A stretch of DNA of 48,763 bases from Coriobacteriaceae bacterium. Its GTDB lineage: Bacteria > Actinomycetota > Coriobacteriia > Coriobacteriales > Eggerthellaceae. Location: NCBI GenBank assembly GCA_015062635.1, contig SUUF01000001.1, positions 1-48,763 of the forward strand. The letters run 5' to 3'. Both the position numbers and the translations under genes were made by a program. The notes under the pieces are model-generated. The model had not been told where the DNA came from, made no database searches, and saw only the letters and a list, made by a program, of their open reading frames with translations. Of this stretch, positions 26,267-36,209 are shown piece by piece (position 1 is the first letter of the stretch; each line of letters begins with the position of its first letter).

Positions 26267-28801
26267 CTAATCGTTGGCCTCGAAGGCCTTGATGCTCTCG
26301 AGTTCCAGCTCATCGACCAGTACCTCGCGCGGCTTGCTGCCGTTCGCGGGCCCGACGATGCCCTTCTCCTCGAGCATGTCCATTATACGGCCTGCTCGCG
26401 AATATCCAATGCTGAAGTGGCGTTGGATATTCGATGTAGAACCGAACTTCGCGCCCACCACGAGCTCGGCCGCATCCCACAGCAGCGGGTCCTCGTTGCT
26501 CGCGCTGCCATTGCTGCCCGACACCGGCGTGCCCATGCTCATGAGGTTCGTCTTCAGGATGTCGTTATGGTATTCCGGCTCGCCCTGCTCCTTCAGGTGG
26601 TTCACGACGGCCTCGATCTCGTCGGGGCTCACGAAGCAACCCTGCAGGCGCACGGGCTTCGGGAACTCGGGCTTGCCGAACAGCATGTCGCCGTTGCCGA
26701 TGAGGTTCTCGGCGCCGGTGGTGTCGAGGATGACGCGCGAGTCGATGCCCGAGGCGACGGTGAGCGCCATGCGGTTCGTGATGTTCGCCTTGATGAGGCC
26801 GGTGACGACATTCGTCGAGGGACGCTGCGTCGCGACGATCATGTGGATGCCCGCCGCACGCGCGAGCTGCGCGATGCGCGAGATGCTGAACTCGACGTCC
26901 TTGCCCACGTTCATCATGAGGTCGGCGAGCTCGTCGATGACGATGACGATATAGGGCATCTGCTTCGCGGGCTCGGCGCCCTCCTCGTCGAGCACGCCCT
27001 GGTGCACCTTCGTGTTGTACTGGCCGATGTCGCGCGCGCCCACCTTCGAGAACACCTTCAGTCGGCGCTCCATCTCGGCCACGCCCCACGAGAGGGCGCT
27101 CGCCGCCTCGCGCGGCTCGGTGACCACCGGTACGTACAGGTGCGGGATGCCGTTGTAGGGCGCGAACTCGACGCGTTTCGGGTCGATCATGATGAAGCGT
27201 ACCTCGTCGGGTGTGGCGCGCATCAATATGCTCATGATCATCGAGTTGATCGAGATCGACTTGCCAGAACCCGTCGTGCCGCCGACCAGCAGGTGCGGCA
27301 TCTTCGCGAGGTCGAACACCATCTTATGGCCCTCGACGTCCTCGCCGATGGCCACCTGCAGCGGGCCGGGCTTGGCCGCGGGCAGGATATCGCCCAGGTA
27401 AACGTTCTGGCGCACCTTGTTCGGTACCTCGACGCCCACGTAGTTCGTGCCCGGGATGGGCGCGAAGATGCGCACGCCCGGCGCCGCCAACGCGAGCGCG
27501 ATATCGTCGGTGAGGTTCGTTATCTTGTTCACGCGGATGCCCGAGGGAAGGTCGATCTTGAACAGCGTGACCGTGGGACCGGCCACCCAGCCCACGACAT
27601 CGACCGGCACGCCGAAATCCTCGAGCGTCTGCTGCAGCAGCTCCGCCGTATCCTGCAGGCTCTCTTCGCTCTCGCGCTTCTTGTCACGCGCGCCCGACTT
27701 CTTCAGCAGCTTCATCGGCGGAAGCTCGAACCCTTCCGTGGCCTGCGGGAATGCGAGCGTCGCCGCCTGAGACGGCTTCTTTGCGGCCTTCTTCCGGGAT
27801 ACAGGCGCCTGCTTGGCCGCACCGAGCTTGCGCGTGAGCTGCGAAGGGGGCTCCTCCTCGTCGAAGCAGCGCGTCTTCGCATCGGCGATGTCGACGACCT
27901 CGGCGTCGATCACGTCATCGAAGCGTTGCGTGGCCGCGTTCGCCGACACGCGCCGCGAGCGCTTCGGCTGCGGCGCAGGCGCCGATCCGAGCCGCATCGT
28001 CTTGCGGTTGGCCGATTGCGGCATCTGCTCGAACCCGCCGATCGTCGGCGCGGCTTCGAGCGCGGGCTGCTGCCTGCGTGCCTGACGGCGGCCCAGCAGC
28101 CCCTTGCGTGCGGGCGCGCCGCCGCTGAACACGGGTTGCTCTGCCGTCTGCTGCTGCGCCTGCGCCTGCTGCATGCGCTTGCGCTCGCGCAGCTCGTGCA
28201 CGCGGTCGATGAGGCTGTTGATGGTGAACCCGATGATCATGAGCGCGACGATGATGACGCCGACGAGCACGATGACAGACACCGCGAGGCCGAGGTATTG
28301 CAACCCCGCCCAGGCGATGCCCGCGCCCACATAGCCGCCCTGCGCGAGCAGGTTCTGCCGCAGGAACAGCTTGTCGAGCGTCGAGAGGTCGGCGCCGGGC
28401 GTGAACAGGCCCATGATGCCCAAGATGGCCAGGAATATGAGGAAGAGACCCACCGCGACGCGCGTGGGCATCTTCTGCCGTTGGAAGCGGATGATGAAGC
28501 TCACGCCGATGAGCAGCAAAAACGCCGGCAGCACATAGGCGCCCGCACCGAACGCGAGGCGCAGCACCTCCGAGAGCACCGAGGTCACGACCGCCTTCGA
28601 CGGAATCATCATCATCGCGAAGAGCGCGATGCCCAGCACGATGAAGACGACGCCGCAGATATCCCGCTTCGTGCGCTCGTCGACGAAACCGCCGCTCTCG
28701 TAGGGCGCGGCCGCCACATTGGCCGCCTGCGCCTTCCGCTGCGCCGATTTCACCGCAGGGGAATTGGCCCTGCCCTGTTTCTGCTGTTGCTTCTTCGCCA
28801 A
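26267..28801 (-). CDS. ftsK: DNA translocase FtsK/SpoIIIE
   Basis: N-terminal TM helices, linker, motor domain with GGTTGSGKS and IVIVIDELADLMM, gamma wHTH domain at the C-terminus. TTG start follows GGGAG. Confidence 0.95.
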   Translation of the reverse strand: MAKKQQQKQGRANSPAVKSAQRKAQAANVAAAPYESGGFVDERTKRDICGVVFIVLGIALFAMMMIPSKAVVTSVLSEVLRLAFGAGAYVLPAFLLLIGVSFIIRFQRQKMPTRVAVGLFLIFLAILGIMGLFTPGADLSTLDKLFLRQNLLAQGGYVGAGIAWAGLQYLGLAVSVIVLVGVIIVALMIIGFTINSLIDRVHELRERKRMQQAQAQQQTAEQPVFSGGAPARKGLLGRRQARRQQPALEAAPTIGGFEQMPQSANRKTMRLGSAPAPQPKRSRRVSANAATQRFDDVIDAEVVDIADAKTRCFDEEEPPSQLTRKLGAAKQAPVSRKKAAKKPSQAATLAFPQATEGFELPPMKLLKKSGARDKKRESEESLQDTAELLQQTLEDFGVPVDVVGWVAGPTVTLFKIDLPSGIRVNKITNLTDDIALALAAPGVRIFAPIPGTNYVGVEVPNKVRQNVYLGDILPAAKPGPLQVAIGEDVEGHKMVFDLAKMPHLLVGGTTGSGKSISINSMIMSILMRATPDEVRFIMIDPKRVEFAPYNGIPHLYVPVVTEPREAASALSWGVAEMERRLKVFSKVGARDIGQYNTKVHQGVLDEEGAEPAKQMPYIVIVIDELADLMMNVGKDVEFSISRIAQLARAAGIHMIVATQRPSTNVVTGLIKANITNRMALTVASGIDSRVILDTTGAENLIGNGDMLFGKPEFPKPVRLQGCFVSPDEIEAVVNHLKEQGEPEYHNDILKTNLMSMGTPVSGSNGSASNEDPLLWDAAELVVGAKFGSTSNIQRHFSIGYSRAGRIMDMLEEKGIVGPANGSKPREVLVDELELESIKAFEAND

Positions 28802-28907
28802 ACGATTACTCCCGGAAAGTGCGTTTCATCTGCGTTTTACCCACGGAAGTATACCCCAATGCACGCAGCCGTCCGAAAACATCCGAACGACTCCACATGG
28901 CAGGCGC

Positions 28908-29696
28908 TTACAGCCGGTACGCCTCGGCGAAATGGGCTGGAGCCTCGACGGGGGTGCGCCAATCGCCGTACTCGGCGGTCAGGCATTCCTCGTACCCGAT
29001 CGGCGCCCAGTATTCGCGGTCCTCGAACGGAAGCTTCACGGTCTCGGCCATCCACGCATAGTCGTACTTCAGCAACCGGCGCCGTTTGCCGCCATACAGG
29101 CACACGGCGTCGCTCGGCACCCGGCTCTGCGCACGCGAGAGGCTGTCGACCTCGTTCGCGATGAGCTGCGGGCTCACGAACAGCCGCGCGATGGGGCACA
29201 CGATGCGCTTCGCGAGCTTGATGGGCAGCGTGCTTCCCGAACGCGGGTCGGTGGCGGCCACGAAGCCGATGCGCTTCAGCAGGTAGCAGCGCTTCTTTAT
29301 CTCTTCGGCCTCGGGCGTCACCCAATCGAGCGGGAAGATGTCGACCCACAGCCCCGAGCAGTATTCCTCGCGGATGTAGGTCTGCTTCACGAACGTGGTC
29401 GTGTCGATGACCTTCGCCATGTAGTTGGGCGAGTTCAGCTTGCGCGGCGCCTGAATCGCGAAGCGGTCGGACGAGCGCCACTCGTCGAAGTGCTCGACGA
29501 GCGTGTCGTAATCGTCGCGCAGCATCATCAGGTCGAGGTCGTCGTCCCACGGGATGAACCCCTTGTGGCGCGCGGCGCCCAGCAAATTGCCGGACGACAG
29601 GTAATAGGTGAGCCCATGCGCTTCGCAGATGGCGGCCACCTCGTCCGCGATCTGCATCTGGATCTCGCGCACTTCGTCGACAGTCAAGCGTTCCAT
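28908..29696 (-). CDS. LicD family phosphotransferase
   Basis: LSSGNLLGAARHKGFIPWDDDLDLMM (LicD signature). Directly downstream of tagD. Confidence 0.85.
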   Translation of the reverse strand: MERLTVDEVREIQMQIADEVAAICEAHGLTYYLSSGNLLGAARHKGFIPWDDDLDLMMLRDDYDTLVEHFDEWRSSDRFAIQAPRKLNSPNYMAKVIDTTTFVKQTYIREEYCSGLWVDIFPLDWVTPEAEEIKKRCYLLKRIGFVAATDPRSGSTLPIKLAKRIVCPIARLFVSPQLIANEVDSLSRAQSRVPSDAVCLYGGKRRRLLKYDYAWMAETVKLPFEDREYWAPIGYEECLTAEYGDWRTPVEAPAHFAEAYRL

Positions 29697-29720
29697 TGCC
29701 CCACCGGCCCTTTCCGCGGC

Positions 29721-30167
29721 TTATGCCTTCGCTTCGTCGTCAGAGAGCTGCTGGCGAATGCCCGAGGTGCTTATCCCGTGCGTGTACGGGAGGTACTCGA
29801 TGCAGGCGCCGAGCTCGGCGAACTGCGCCTCGGTCTTCAAGTAGCGCTCGGATCCCTTCCAGTCGTCGCCCGAGAACAGCACGTCGAACTTGAATCGCTC
29901 GAGCGCGATCATCTTGTCGTTCGTCGTCTCGATGTCGACGATCTGCGCATCGTCGACGCATTTCAGCGCCCGCAGGATGCGCGCCCGGTCCTCCTCGGGA
30001 ATCACCGGGTCCTTATGCTTCACGACGCGCACGTATTCATCGTCGCACACGCCGACGATCAGCACGTCGCACATCTCCTTGCAGCGCTCCAGCAGATTCA
30101 AGTGACCCACATGGAACAAGTCGAAAACGCCGCAGGTGTATCCCACATGGTATTTCTTTTCGCTCAT
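29721..30167 (-). CDS. tagD: Glycerol-3-phosphate cytidylyltransferase
   Basis: 148 aa. GYTCGVFDLFHVGHLNLLE (HxGH motif), and length and pattern typical of TagD/TarD. Confidence 0.9.
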   Translation of the reverse strand: MSEKKYHVGYTCGVFDLFHVGHLNLLERCKEMCDVLIVGVCDDEYVRVVKHKDPVIPEEDRARILRALKCVDDAQIVDIETTNDKMIALERFKFDVLFSGDDWKGSERYLKTEAQFAELGACIEYLPYTHGISTSGIRQQLSDDEAKA

Positions 30168-30188
30168 GGTGCGCCCCTTCCGTCGCGC

Positions 30189-32054
30189 TTACACATCCAA
30201 AACGTTGACGATGACCATCGGGCGCTGCTTTATCTCTTCCCAGAGCACCTTCAGCAGCGCGTTGCGGCACGCCTTCTTGATCTCCTTTGTCGCGGAACCC
30301 GCGTCGAGCGCGTCCTGCAGCGCACGGCGCACCCGCGACTGCGCCTCGGACACGAGGTCGGCATCGCTCGTGATGCCGTGCATCTCGACCAGCACGTTGC
30401 CGATGATGCGGTTCTGCAAGCGGTCGATGGCGCAGGCCACGGTCGCGAAGCCCTGCGCCGCGAGGCTGCTGCGCTCGTCGAGCACGTCCTGGCTCGTATC
30501 GCCCACGCGCAGGCCGTCGACGAGCACGATGCCGTTCTGCACCTGTTCGCCCAATCGCACGCCCTTCGCGGATAGCTCGAGCGTGTCGCCGTTTTCCATG
30601 ATGAAGATGTTTTCGGCCGGCACGCCCGTGAGCTCGCCGAGCTTCGCATGGGCACGCAGGTGGATGGCCTCGCCGTGCACCGGCACGAACGCGCGCGGGC
30701 GGGCGATGGAGAGCACGATCTTCAGCTCTTCCGATCCGCCGTGCCCGGAAACGTGCACGAGGTCGCGTCGCTTGTCCCACACGTCGGCGCCGACCTTGGC
30801 CAACAGGTTCATGACCTTCGTGACGGCCTTCTCGTTGCCCGGCACCGGCGTGGCCGAGATGATGACGGTGTCACCGGCGTCGAGGCTGATGGTCTTGTGG
30901 TTCCCGCTCGCGATGCGCGCGAGGGCAGAAAGGGGCTCGCCCTGGCTGCCGGTGCACATCACGACGATTTCCTCGGGCGGCACGCCCTTGATGTCGTAGG
31001 CGTCGATGAGGTCGTCATCGCTCACATGCAGGTAGCCCAGACGGCGCGCGATATCGGTGTTCTGCACCATCGAACGGCCGGTCACGACGACCTTGCGGCC
31101 GCTTTCCACCGCCGCGTCGCAGATCTGTTGCATGCGATGGATGTGGCTCGCGAACGACGCGATGACCACGCGGCCCGTGGCCTGGCCGATGATGCGGCGC
31201 AGCGCCTTGCCCACTTCCGCCTCGCTCGGCGTGAACGTGGGGATGGTCGCGTTCGTGGAGTCGGACATCATGAGGTCGACGCCGATCTCGCCGAAGCGCG
31301 CGAGCGCGCCGAAGTCGGTGTAGACGCCGTCGATGGGGCTCTGGTCGAGCTTGAAGTCGCCGGTGTGCAGCACGGTGCCAGCCGGGCTCTGGAAGAACAC
31401 GCCCACCGACCCGGGAATCGAGTGGTTCACCGAGAAGAAGTCGCAGGTGAAGCACCCCAGCTTGATTTGCTCGCCCGGTTTGATCTCGATGAGCTTCGCG
31501 TTTTTCACGCGATGCTCCTTGAACTTGCCCTCGATGAGCCCGAGGGTCATCTTCGTGCCGTAGATGGCGACCTCGTCCTCGAGGTCCTTCAGCAGGTACG
31601 GCAGCGCGCCGGTGTGGTCTTCATGGCCGTGCGTGATGACGATGCCGCGCAGCTTCTCGGCGTTCTGCAGCAGGTACGAGTAATCGGGCAGGATGAGGTC
31701 GATGCCCGGATGGCTGTCATCGGGGAACATGCAGCCCGCGTCGTCGAGCACGATGTCGTCGCCGCACTCGAAGACGGTCATGTTCTTGCCGATGGCATCG
31801 AGGCCGCCGAGCGGGATGACCTTCAAGACGGCATCGGGGTCTTTGCCCGGCGTGTCGAAATTGCGGCGGCGGTCGGCTTCCGACACGCGCTGCGCGCCGG
31901 CGCTCCCCCGCGAAATGTGCGGACGCTCGCGCTCGAGCTGCACATGCTTGTAATACTGCGTGCGGTTATGCTGCGCCGCAGCCTGCGCATTCGCACGCTT
32001 CGAAGCCGCACGGCCCTCGGTCGCGCGGTTTTCCTTCCTATTCTGTTCTGACAT
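30189..32054 (-). CDS. rnj: Ribonuclease J
   Basis: Metallo-beta-lactamase motif ITHGHEDHTGALP, beta-CASP and C-terminal domains. About 60-aa basic N-terminal extension. Confidence 0.9.
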   Translation of the reverse strand: MSEQNRKENRATEGRAASKRANAQAAAQHNRTQYYKHVQLERERPHISRGSAGAQRVSEADRRRNFDTPGKDPDAVLKVIPLGGLDAIGKNMTVFECGDDIVLDDAGCMFPDDSHPGIDLILPDYSYLLQNAEKLRGIVITHGHEDHTGALPYLLKDLEDEVAIYGTKMTLGLIEGKFKEHRVKNAKLIEIKPGEQIKLGCFTCDFFSVNHSIPGSVGVFFQSPAGTVLHTGDFKLDQSPIDGVYTDFGALARFGEIGVDLMMSDSTNATIPTFTPSEAEVGKALRRIIGQATGRVVIASFASHIHRMQQICDAAVESGRKVVVTGRSMVQNTDIARRLGYLHVSDDDLIDAYDIKGVPPEEIVVMCTGSQGEPLSALARIASGNHKTISLDAGDTVIISATPVPGNEKAVTKVMNLLAKVGADVWDKRRDLVHVSGHGGSEELKIVLSIARPRAFVPVHGEAIHLRAHAKLGELTGVPAENIFIMENGDTLELSAKGVRLGEQVQNGIVLVDGLRVGDTSQDVLDERSSLAAQGFATVACAIDRLQNRIIGNVLVEMHGITSDADLVSEAQSRVRRALQDALDAGSATKEIKKACRNALLKVLWEEIKQRPMVIVNVLDV

Positions 32055-32087
32055 CTCTTCCTTCTGTTTGCTTTCCCATTACATAAC

Positions 32088-32117
32088 GCGCGCACGGCCG
32101 TCTGGCCGTCCGCGCGC
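32088..32117 (-). terminator. Candidate dapA terminator hairpin
   Basis: GCGCGCACGGCC-gtct-GGCCGT(CC)GCGCGC GC-rich stem, about 40 nt downstream of the dapA stop. Followed on the minus strand by GTTATGTAAT. Confidence 0.4.
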
Positions 32118-32155
32118 TTCATTTCGGCGCACCGCTTCCGGCGCGCATTCACGTG

Positions 32156-33055
32156 TTACAGGACGCCCACCTGGCGCATGACCTCGGCAAGCTCGGCCGA
32201 CTGCTCGGGCGTTGCGGGGATCAGCGGAAGGCGCAGGCCGCCCACCGGGAATCCCGCGAGGTTCAGCGCCTCCTTCACCATGATGGGGTTCGAGGTGATG
32301 AAGAGCTCCTTCATCAGCGGCAGCAGCGCCTCGTTCGCCTTGGCGGCCGCCTCCCAGTCGCCGGCCGCGCACAGGTCGACGACCTCGCGCATACGCGCAG
32401 GCGCCACGTTGCCGATGGTCGAGATGATGCCGGCGCCGCCCATCTTCATGATGTCGTAGGTCTGCTCATCTTCGCCGGAATACACGTAGAAGCCCTTCGG
32501 AGCAGCATCGATGATCTGCCCGATCTGCTCGAGGTTGCCGCTCGCCTCCTTCACGCCGACGATGTTGTCGACATCGTTGGCAAGGCGCAGCGTGGTCTCG
32601 GGCAGCATGTTGATGACGCAGCGGCCCGGGATGTTGTAGAGGATGCACGGCAGGTCGATGGCCTCTGCGATCGTGCGGAAGTGCTGGTAGAGGCCCTCTT
32701 GCGGGGGCTTGTTGTAATACGGCACGACGAGCATGCAGCCGTCGACGCCGAGCTTTTCGACTTCGCGTGCGAACTGCACGGTGTCGGCCGTGCAGTTGTC
32801 GCCGACGTTCGCCACGATGGGCACCCGCCCGCTCACGGCCTCAACGACGGCGCTGAACAGCTTCATCTTCTGCGGATAGAACACCGTGGGGCTCTCGCCC
32901 GTGGTGCCGTTGATGACAAGGCCGTCGGCTCCATTGTCGACGAGGCGTTTCGCAAGCGCCTGAGCCTGGTCAAGATCGAGCTCGCCCTCCTTGTCGAACG
33001 GGGTCACCATCGCGGGGATCATCGTTCCAAAAATCGGCTTGCTATCGTAGACCAT
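32156..33055 (-). CDS. dapA: 4-hydroxy-tetrahydrodipicolinate synthase
   Basis: 299 aa. TPFDKEGELD, INGTTGESPT, YYNKPPQEGL pattern of DapA. Confidence 0.93.
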   Translation of the reverse strand: MVYDSKPIFGTMIPAMVTPFDKEGELDLDQAQALAKRLVDNGADGLVINGTTGESPTVFYPQKMKLFSAVVEAVSGRVPIVANVGDNCTADTVQFAREVEKLGVDGCMLVVPYYNKPPQEGLYQHFRTIAEAIDLPCILYNIPGRCVINMLPETTLRLANDVDNIVGVKEASGNLEQIGQIIDAAPKGFYVYSGEDEQTYDIMKMGGAGIISTIGNVAPARMREVVDLCAAGDWEAAAKANEALLPLMKELFITSNPIMVKEALNLAGFPVGGLRLPLIPATPEQSAELAEVMRQVGVL

Positions 33056-33167
33056 GCCAGAGTCCCTTCATTCGAGTTTCGCGCCGTCGGAACCGGTTTT
33101 CCGCGGCATCGGCGGGTCGAGCCCGCGCCATTTCAAGGATTATCCCACGCAAAAGCGGGGATGCCCG

Positions 33168-33935
33168 TTAAAACATGAAGTTTTCCAAACCAACGATGAG
33201 GCCCGACCGCTCGCGGACGTTTCGAACCGCCAGCAGCACGCCAGGCATATACGAGGTGCGGTCCCACGAGTCGTGCCGGATGGAAAGCGACTGCCCCATC
33301 GACCCGAACAGCACCTCCTGGCTCGCCACGTAGCCCATCGAGCGCACCGAATGCACCGGGACGCCCTCGACGTCGGCGCCGCGCGCGCCCTCGCAGCCGG
33401 GCAGCTCGCTCTCGCGCCCGGGAACGGCCGGCGCGCCCTTACGGGCGGCGGCGATGATCTCGGCCGTGCGCTTCGCGGTGCCCGACGGGGCGTCCTTCTT
33501 GCGCGCATGGTGGAACTCGATGACCTCAGCCTCGTCGAGATACGGTGCCGCCATCTCGGCGAAGCGCATCATCAGCACCGCGCCCACCGTGAAGTTCGGG
33601 GCCACGAACAGGCAGGTTCCCTCGGGCGCGAGCGTCGCGAGCTCGTCGAGCGTGTCATTCGAGAGGCCCGTCGTTCCGATGACGCAATCGACGCCCGCCG
33701 GCAGCGCGGCGCGGATATTGCCCTCGACGACATCGGGCTGCGTGAAGTCGACCATCACGTCAAACGATTCGGACGCGAGCGCCGACACGACATCCGCATA
33801 CACGGGAAAACCGCAGCCGTCCTTCGCAAACGGGTCGATGCCGCATACGAGCTGCATGTCGTCGGCGCCGTTCACCGCGTCCACAACCGCCTGGCCCATG
33901 CGCCCGGCACACCCAGAAACCGCAACCTTGATCAT
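33168..33935 (-). CDS. dapB: 4-hydroxy-tetrahydrodipicolinate reductase
   Basis: ORF 33168..34058 trimmed to ATG 33935 (MIKVAVSGCAGRMGQAV) after GAGGAGGAG. Motif EFHHARKKDAPSGTA. Confidence 0.9.
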   Translation of the reverse strand: MIKVAVSGCAGRMGQAVVDAVNGADDMQLVCGIDPFAKDGCGFPVYADVVSALASESFDVMVDFTQPDVVEGNIRAALPAGVDCVIGTTGLSNDTLDELATLAPEGTCLFVAPNFTVGAVLMMRFAEMAAPYLDEAEVIEFHHARKKDAPSGTAKRTAEIIAAARKGAPAVPGRESELPGCEGARGADVEGVPVHSVRSMGYVASQEVLFGSMGQSLSIRHDSWDRTSYMPGVLLAVRNVRERSGLIVGLENFMF

Positions 33936-34124
33936 CGTCTCCTCCTCGATTCGCGCGGTGCGGCCTTCCAGTCGGAGGAAGCGCCGTGCACCGTTCTTCG
34001 CTTGTTTCGACGATGATACTAGCAAACCTGCACCCGCCGCGCATGCCCGGGCGCGCATGGGCGGGAAAAAACCCCGTTTGCCTGGTGGATGGCGTCATTC
34101 GCGCCATGGGGCGGCGCCGAGCCG

Positions 34125-35381
34125 TCACCCCATGACCAAGGAGCGGGCCTCATCTTCGCCATAGGGCGAGATGACGGCGGCCGTGGGCGATGCCGTCAGG
34201 TAGCGCTCGGCGACGGCGCGCACGTCCTCGGGGGTCACGCTCCGGTAGCGCTCGATGAGCTCGGAGACCCCGGTCTGCGGAAGGCCCAGCGTCTCGCGGC
34301 GTCCGATGCGCGCCATGCGGTCGCTCGTCGATTCCACGCCCAGCAGCAACTGCCCGCAGATGACCTCGCACGAACGCTTCACCTCTTCCGGCGTCGGCGG
34401 TTCCTCGGCGATGCGCGCGAGCTCGCGGCGGATGATGGCCATCGCCTTCCCCAGGTTCTCGGGACGCGTGCCGCAGTACACGTAGAACTGGCCGGCGTCG
34501 CTGTAGGCGTTCGACCCGGCCATCACGGTGTAGGCCAGGCCATTCTTCTCGCGCACCTCTTGGAAGAGCCGGCTCGACATCGAGCCGCCCAGGATGGCGG
34601 CGAGCGTGGTGCCCGCGAAGCGGAACGGATCGCCTGCGGCATACCAGGGGAAACCGTATACGATATGCGCCTGCTCGATGTCGCGTTTCTGCGCGACGAA
34701 GCTCCTGCGGCCGGCCTCGACGGCCTTGACGCGCACGCGGCGCTCGCCCACCCGCACACCGGATAGGGCGTGCTGCACCTTCTTCACAAGCCGCCCGTGG
34801 TCGATGTTGCCCACCGCCGCCACGACGAGGTTGCCGCTGTGGTAATGCTCGTCGTGGAAGGCCCGGCAATCGGCGTGCTGGTAGGCCCGCACGAGCTCGC
34901 GCTGCCCCAGCACCGGGCGGCCGAGGGGATGCGTGGGCATGAGCTCGCCCATGTACAGCTCGAACACATGGTCGTCGGGCTGGTCCTCGCTGCGGGCTAT
35001 CTCCTCGACCACGACCTCGCGTTCGGTGACGATATCCTCGTCGCGGAAGCTGGAGTAGACCACCATGTCGGCGAGCAAGGGCAGCACATCATCGAGCCGC
35101 TCGTCGACGAAGCGCGCGTAAAAGCAGGTGCATTCCTTCGAGGTGAACGCGTTCGACTCGGCACCGAGCGCGTCGAAGGCCTCGGAAACCTCGAGCGCCG
35201 ACATCGTCGGCGTCCCCTTGAACATCATATGTTCCATGAAGTGCGCGAGTCCCGCCTGGTCAGGCCGCTCGTCACGGCTTCCCACGCGGTACCAGAAACC
35301 CATCGTCACGCTGCGCACCCAGGGCATCGATTCCGACACGATCGTCAGGCCATTATCCAACACGGTCTTTTCAACTGGCAT
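34125..35381 (-). CDS. M16 family (pitrilysin-like) zinc peptidase
   Basis: HxxEH zinc motif in LAHFMEHMMFKGT. 418 aa. Conserved position between pnp and dapB. Confidence 0.88.
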   Translation of the reverse strand: MPVEKTVLDNGLTIVSESMPWVRSVTMGFWYRVGSRDERPDQAGLAHFMEHMMFKGTPTMSALEVSEAFDALGAESNAFTSKECTCFYARFVDERLDDVLPLLADMVVYSSFRDEDIVTEREVVVEEIARSEDQPDDHVFELYMGELMPTHPLGRPVLGQRELVRAYQHADCRAFHDEHYHSGNLVVAAVGNIDHGRLVKKVQHALSGVRVGERRVRVKAVEAGRRSFVAQKRDIEQAHIVYGFPWYAAGDPFRFAGTTLAAILGGSMSSRLFQEVREKNGLAYTVMAGSNAYSDAGQFYVYCGTRPENLGKAMAIIRRELARIAEEPPTPEEVKRSCEVICGQLLLGVESTSDRMARIGRRETLGLPQTGVSELIERYRSVTPEDVRAVAERYLTASPTAAVISPYGEDEARSLVMG

Positions 35382-35450
35382 GTTCTCCCCTTGTCTTTCG
35401 GTCGCACATCATGATAGCCGAACCCGCAACGCGCAAAACGGCACAATAAT

Positions 35451-35477
35451 GCGCCCGCATCGATCGGATGCGGGCGC
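35451..35477 (-). terminator. Terminator of the TetR gene
   Basis: GCGCCCGCATC-gatcg-GATGCGGGCGC (11-bp perfect stem), 29 nt after the stop at 35506. Followed on the minus strand by ATTATTGTGCCGTTTTG. Confidence 0.65.
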
Positions 35478-35505
35478 GGATGGCGAGCCGTTTGATTATC
35501 TGCGG

Positions 35506-36072
35506 CTAATGGCCCGAATTGGCCGCCCGTGCCCCTTCGAGCTGGTTGAGGATCGTCCGAACCCAATTATGCGCAAAGTCCTCGATGGTCGAATAGGCGA
35601 TGCCGCGGGCGTGCCGCTCGATGAACTCGAACACCACGAGCGCATACATGCGGAGCAGGAATTCGCGATACACGTCATCGAACCCGGCTTCATCGAAGTA
35701 GTTCCTGAAAATCGGCTCGAACTTCTCGGTGAGGCAGCCGATGATCTCGGTGCGCAGCGTCGGATAGTAATTTCGCGAATTGTAAATCGCAAGATAGCAT
35801 TCGCGGTCATTATCGAATGCAAGCAGAAGCTGGTACAGCGATTCTTCCCACGACTCGATGTTCTCCGTCAACTGGATGGCGTCGTTGATATCGCGGATAT
35901 ACATCCATTTCACGAGGTCATAGATGTCCTTGAAATGGTAATAAAACGTCTGCCTGTTAAGCCCGCATGCATCGGTGATGGTCTTGATGGAAATGCGGTC
36001 GATTGGCGCGTCCTGCATGCACGTACGCAATGCTTGGGCCATCGCCGCCTTCGTGTCTCCGTTCTTTTTCAT
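35506..36072 (-). CDS. TetR/AcrR family transcriptional regulator (DhaS-like C-terminal domain)
   Basis: N-terminal HTH DRISIKTITDACGLNRQTFYYHFKDIYDLVKW. 188 aa. Visibly lower GC than the neighbouring genes. Confidence 0.85.
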   Translation of the reverse strand: MKKNGDTKAAMAQALRTCMQDAPIDRISIKTITDACGLNRQTFYYHFKDIYDLVKWMYIRDINDAIQLTENIESWEESLYQLLLAFDNDRECYLAIYNSRNYYPTLRTEIIGCLTEKFEPIFRNYFDEAGFDDVYREFLLRMYALVVFEFIERHARGIAYSTIEDFAHNWVRTILNQLEGARAANSGH

Positions 36073-36169
36073 CCTTTCGGATCCCCCTCGAATAGAAACA
36101 AACCCCCTGCTTGGAAACCAAACGACCGGTGTCTGGTCTCCCTGTTATTATCATAGTGCATAATGCGAA

Positions 36170-36209
36170 AAGATGGCCATTCCCTTTTCAACCGGGGAAT
36201 AGCCATCTT
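36170..36209 (-). terminator. Rho-independent terminator of pnp
   Basis: 15-bp stem AAGATGGCCATTCCC / GGGAATAGCCATCTT with one mismatch, about 40 nt after the pnp stop. Followed on the minus strand by TTCGCATTA. Confidence 0.7.

Noticed and set aside
26258-29164. Very long ORFs antisense to recognised genes. Examples: 26258..29164(+) 968 aa opposite ftsK/licD, 17610..19835(+) 741 aa, 36508..38586(+) 692 aa, 46232..48139(+) 635 aa, 28719..30575(+), 11516..13132(+), 22438..24060(+), 39064..40617(-), 8013..9317(+), 138..1487(+).
   Set aside because: Each lies opposite a gene with unmistakable family motifs. Their translations are low-complexity and R/A/G/H/D/L-rich with no recognisable domains. 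Stop-free mirror frames are expected in high-GC DNA.
33936-34124. A possible terminator or regulatory hairpin between the M16 peptidase gene and dapB (GC-rich palindromic pieces around 34040-34075 and an A6/T6 run).
   Set aside because: Only short 4-6-bp stems could be drawn, and the T-run is not positioned after a convincing stem on the coding strand. This is not enough to call a feature.
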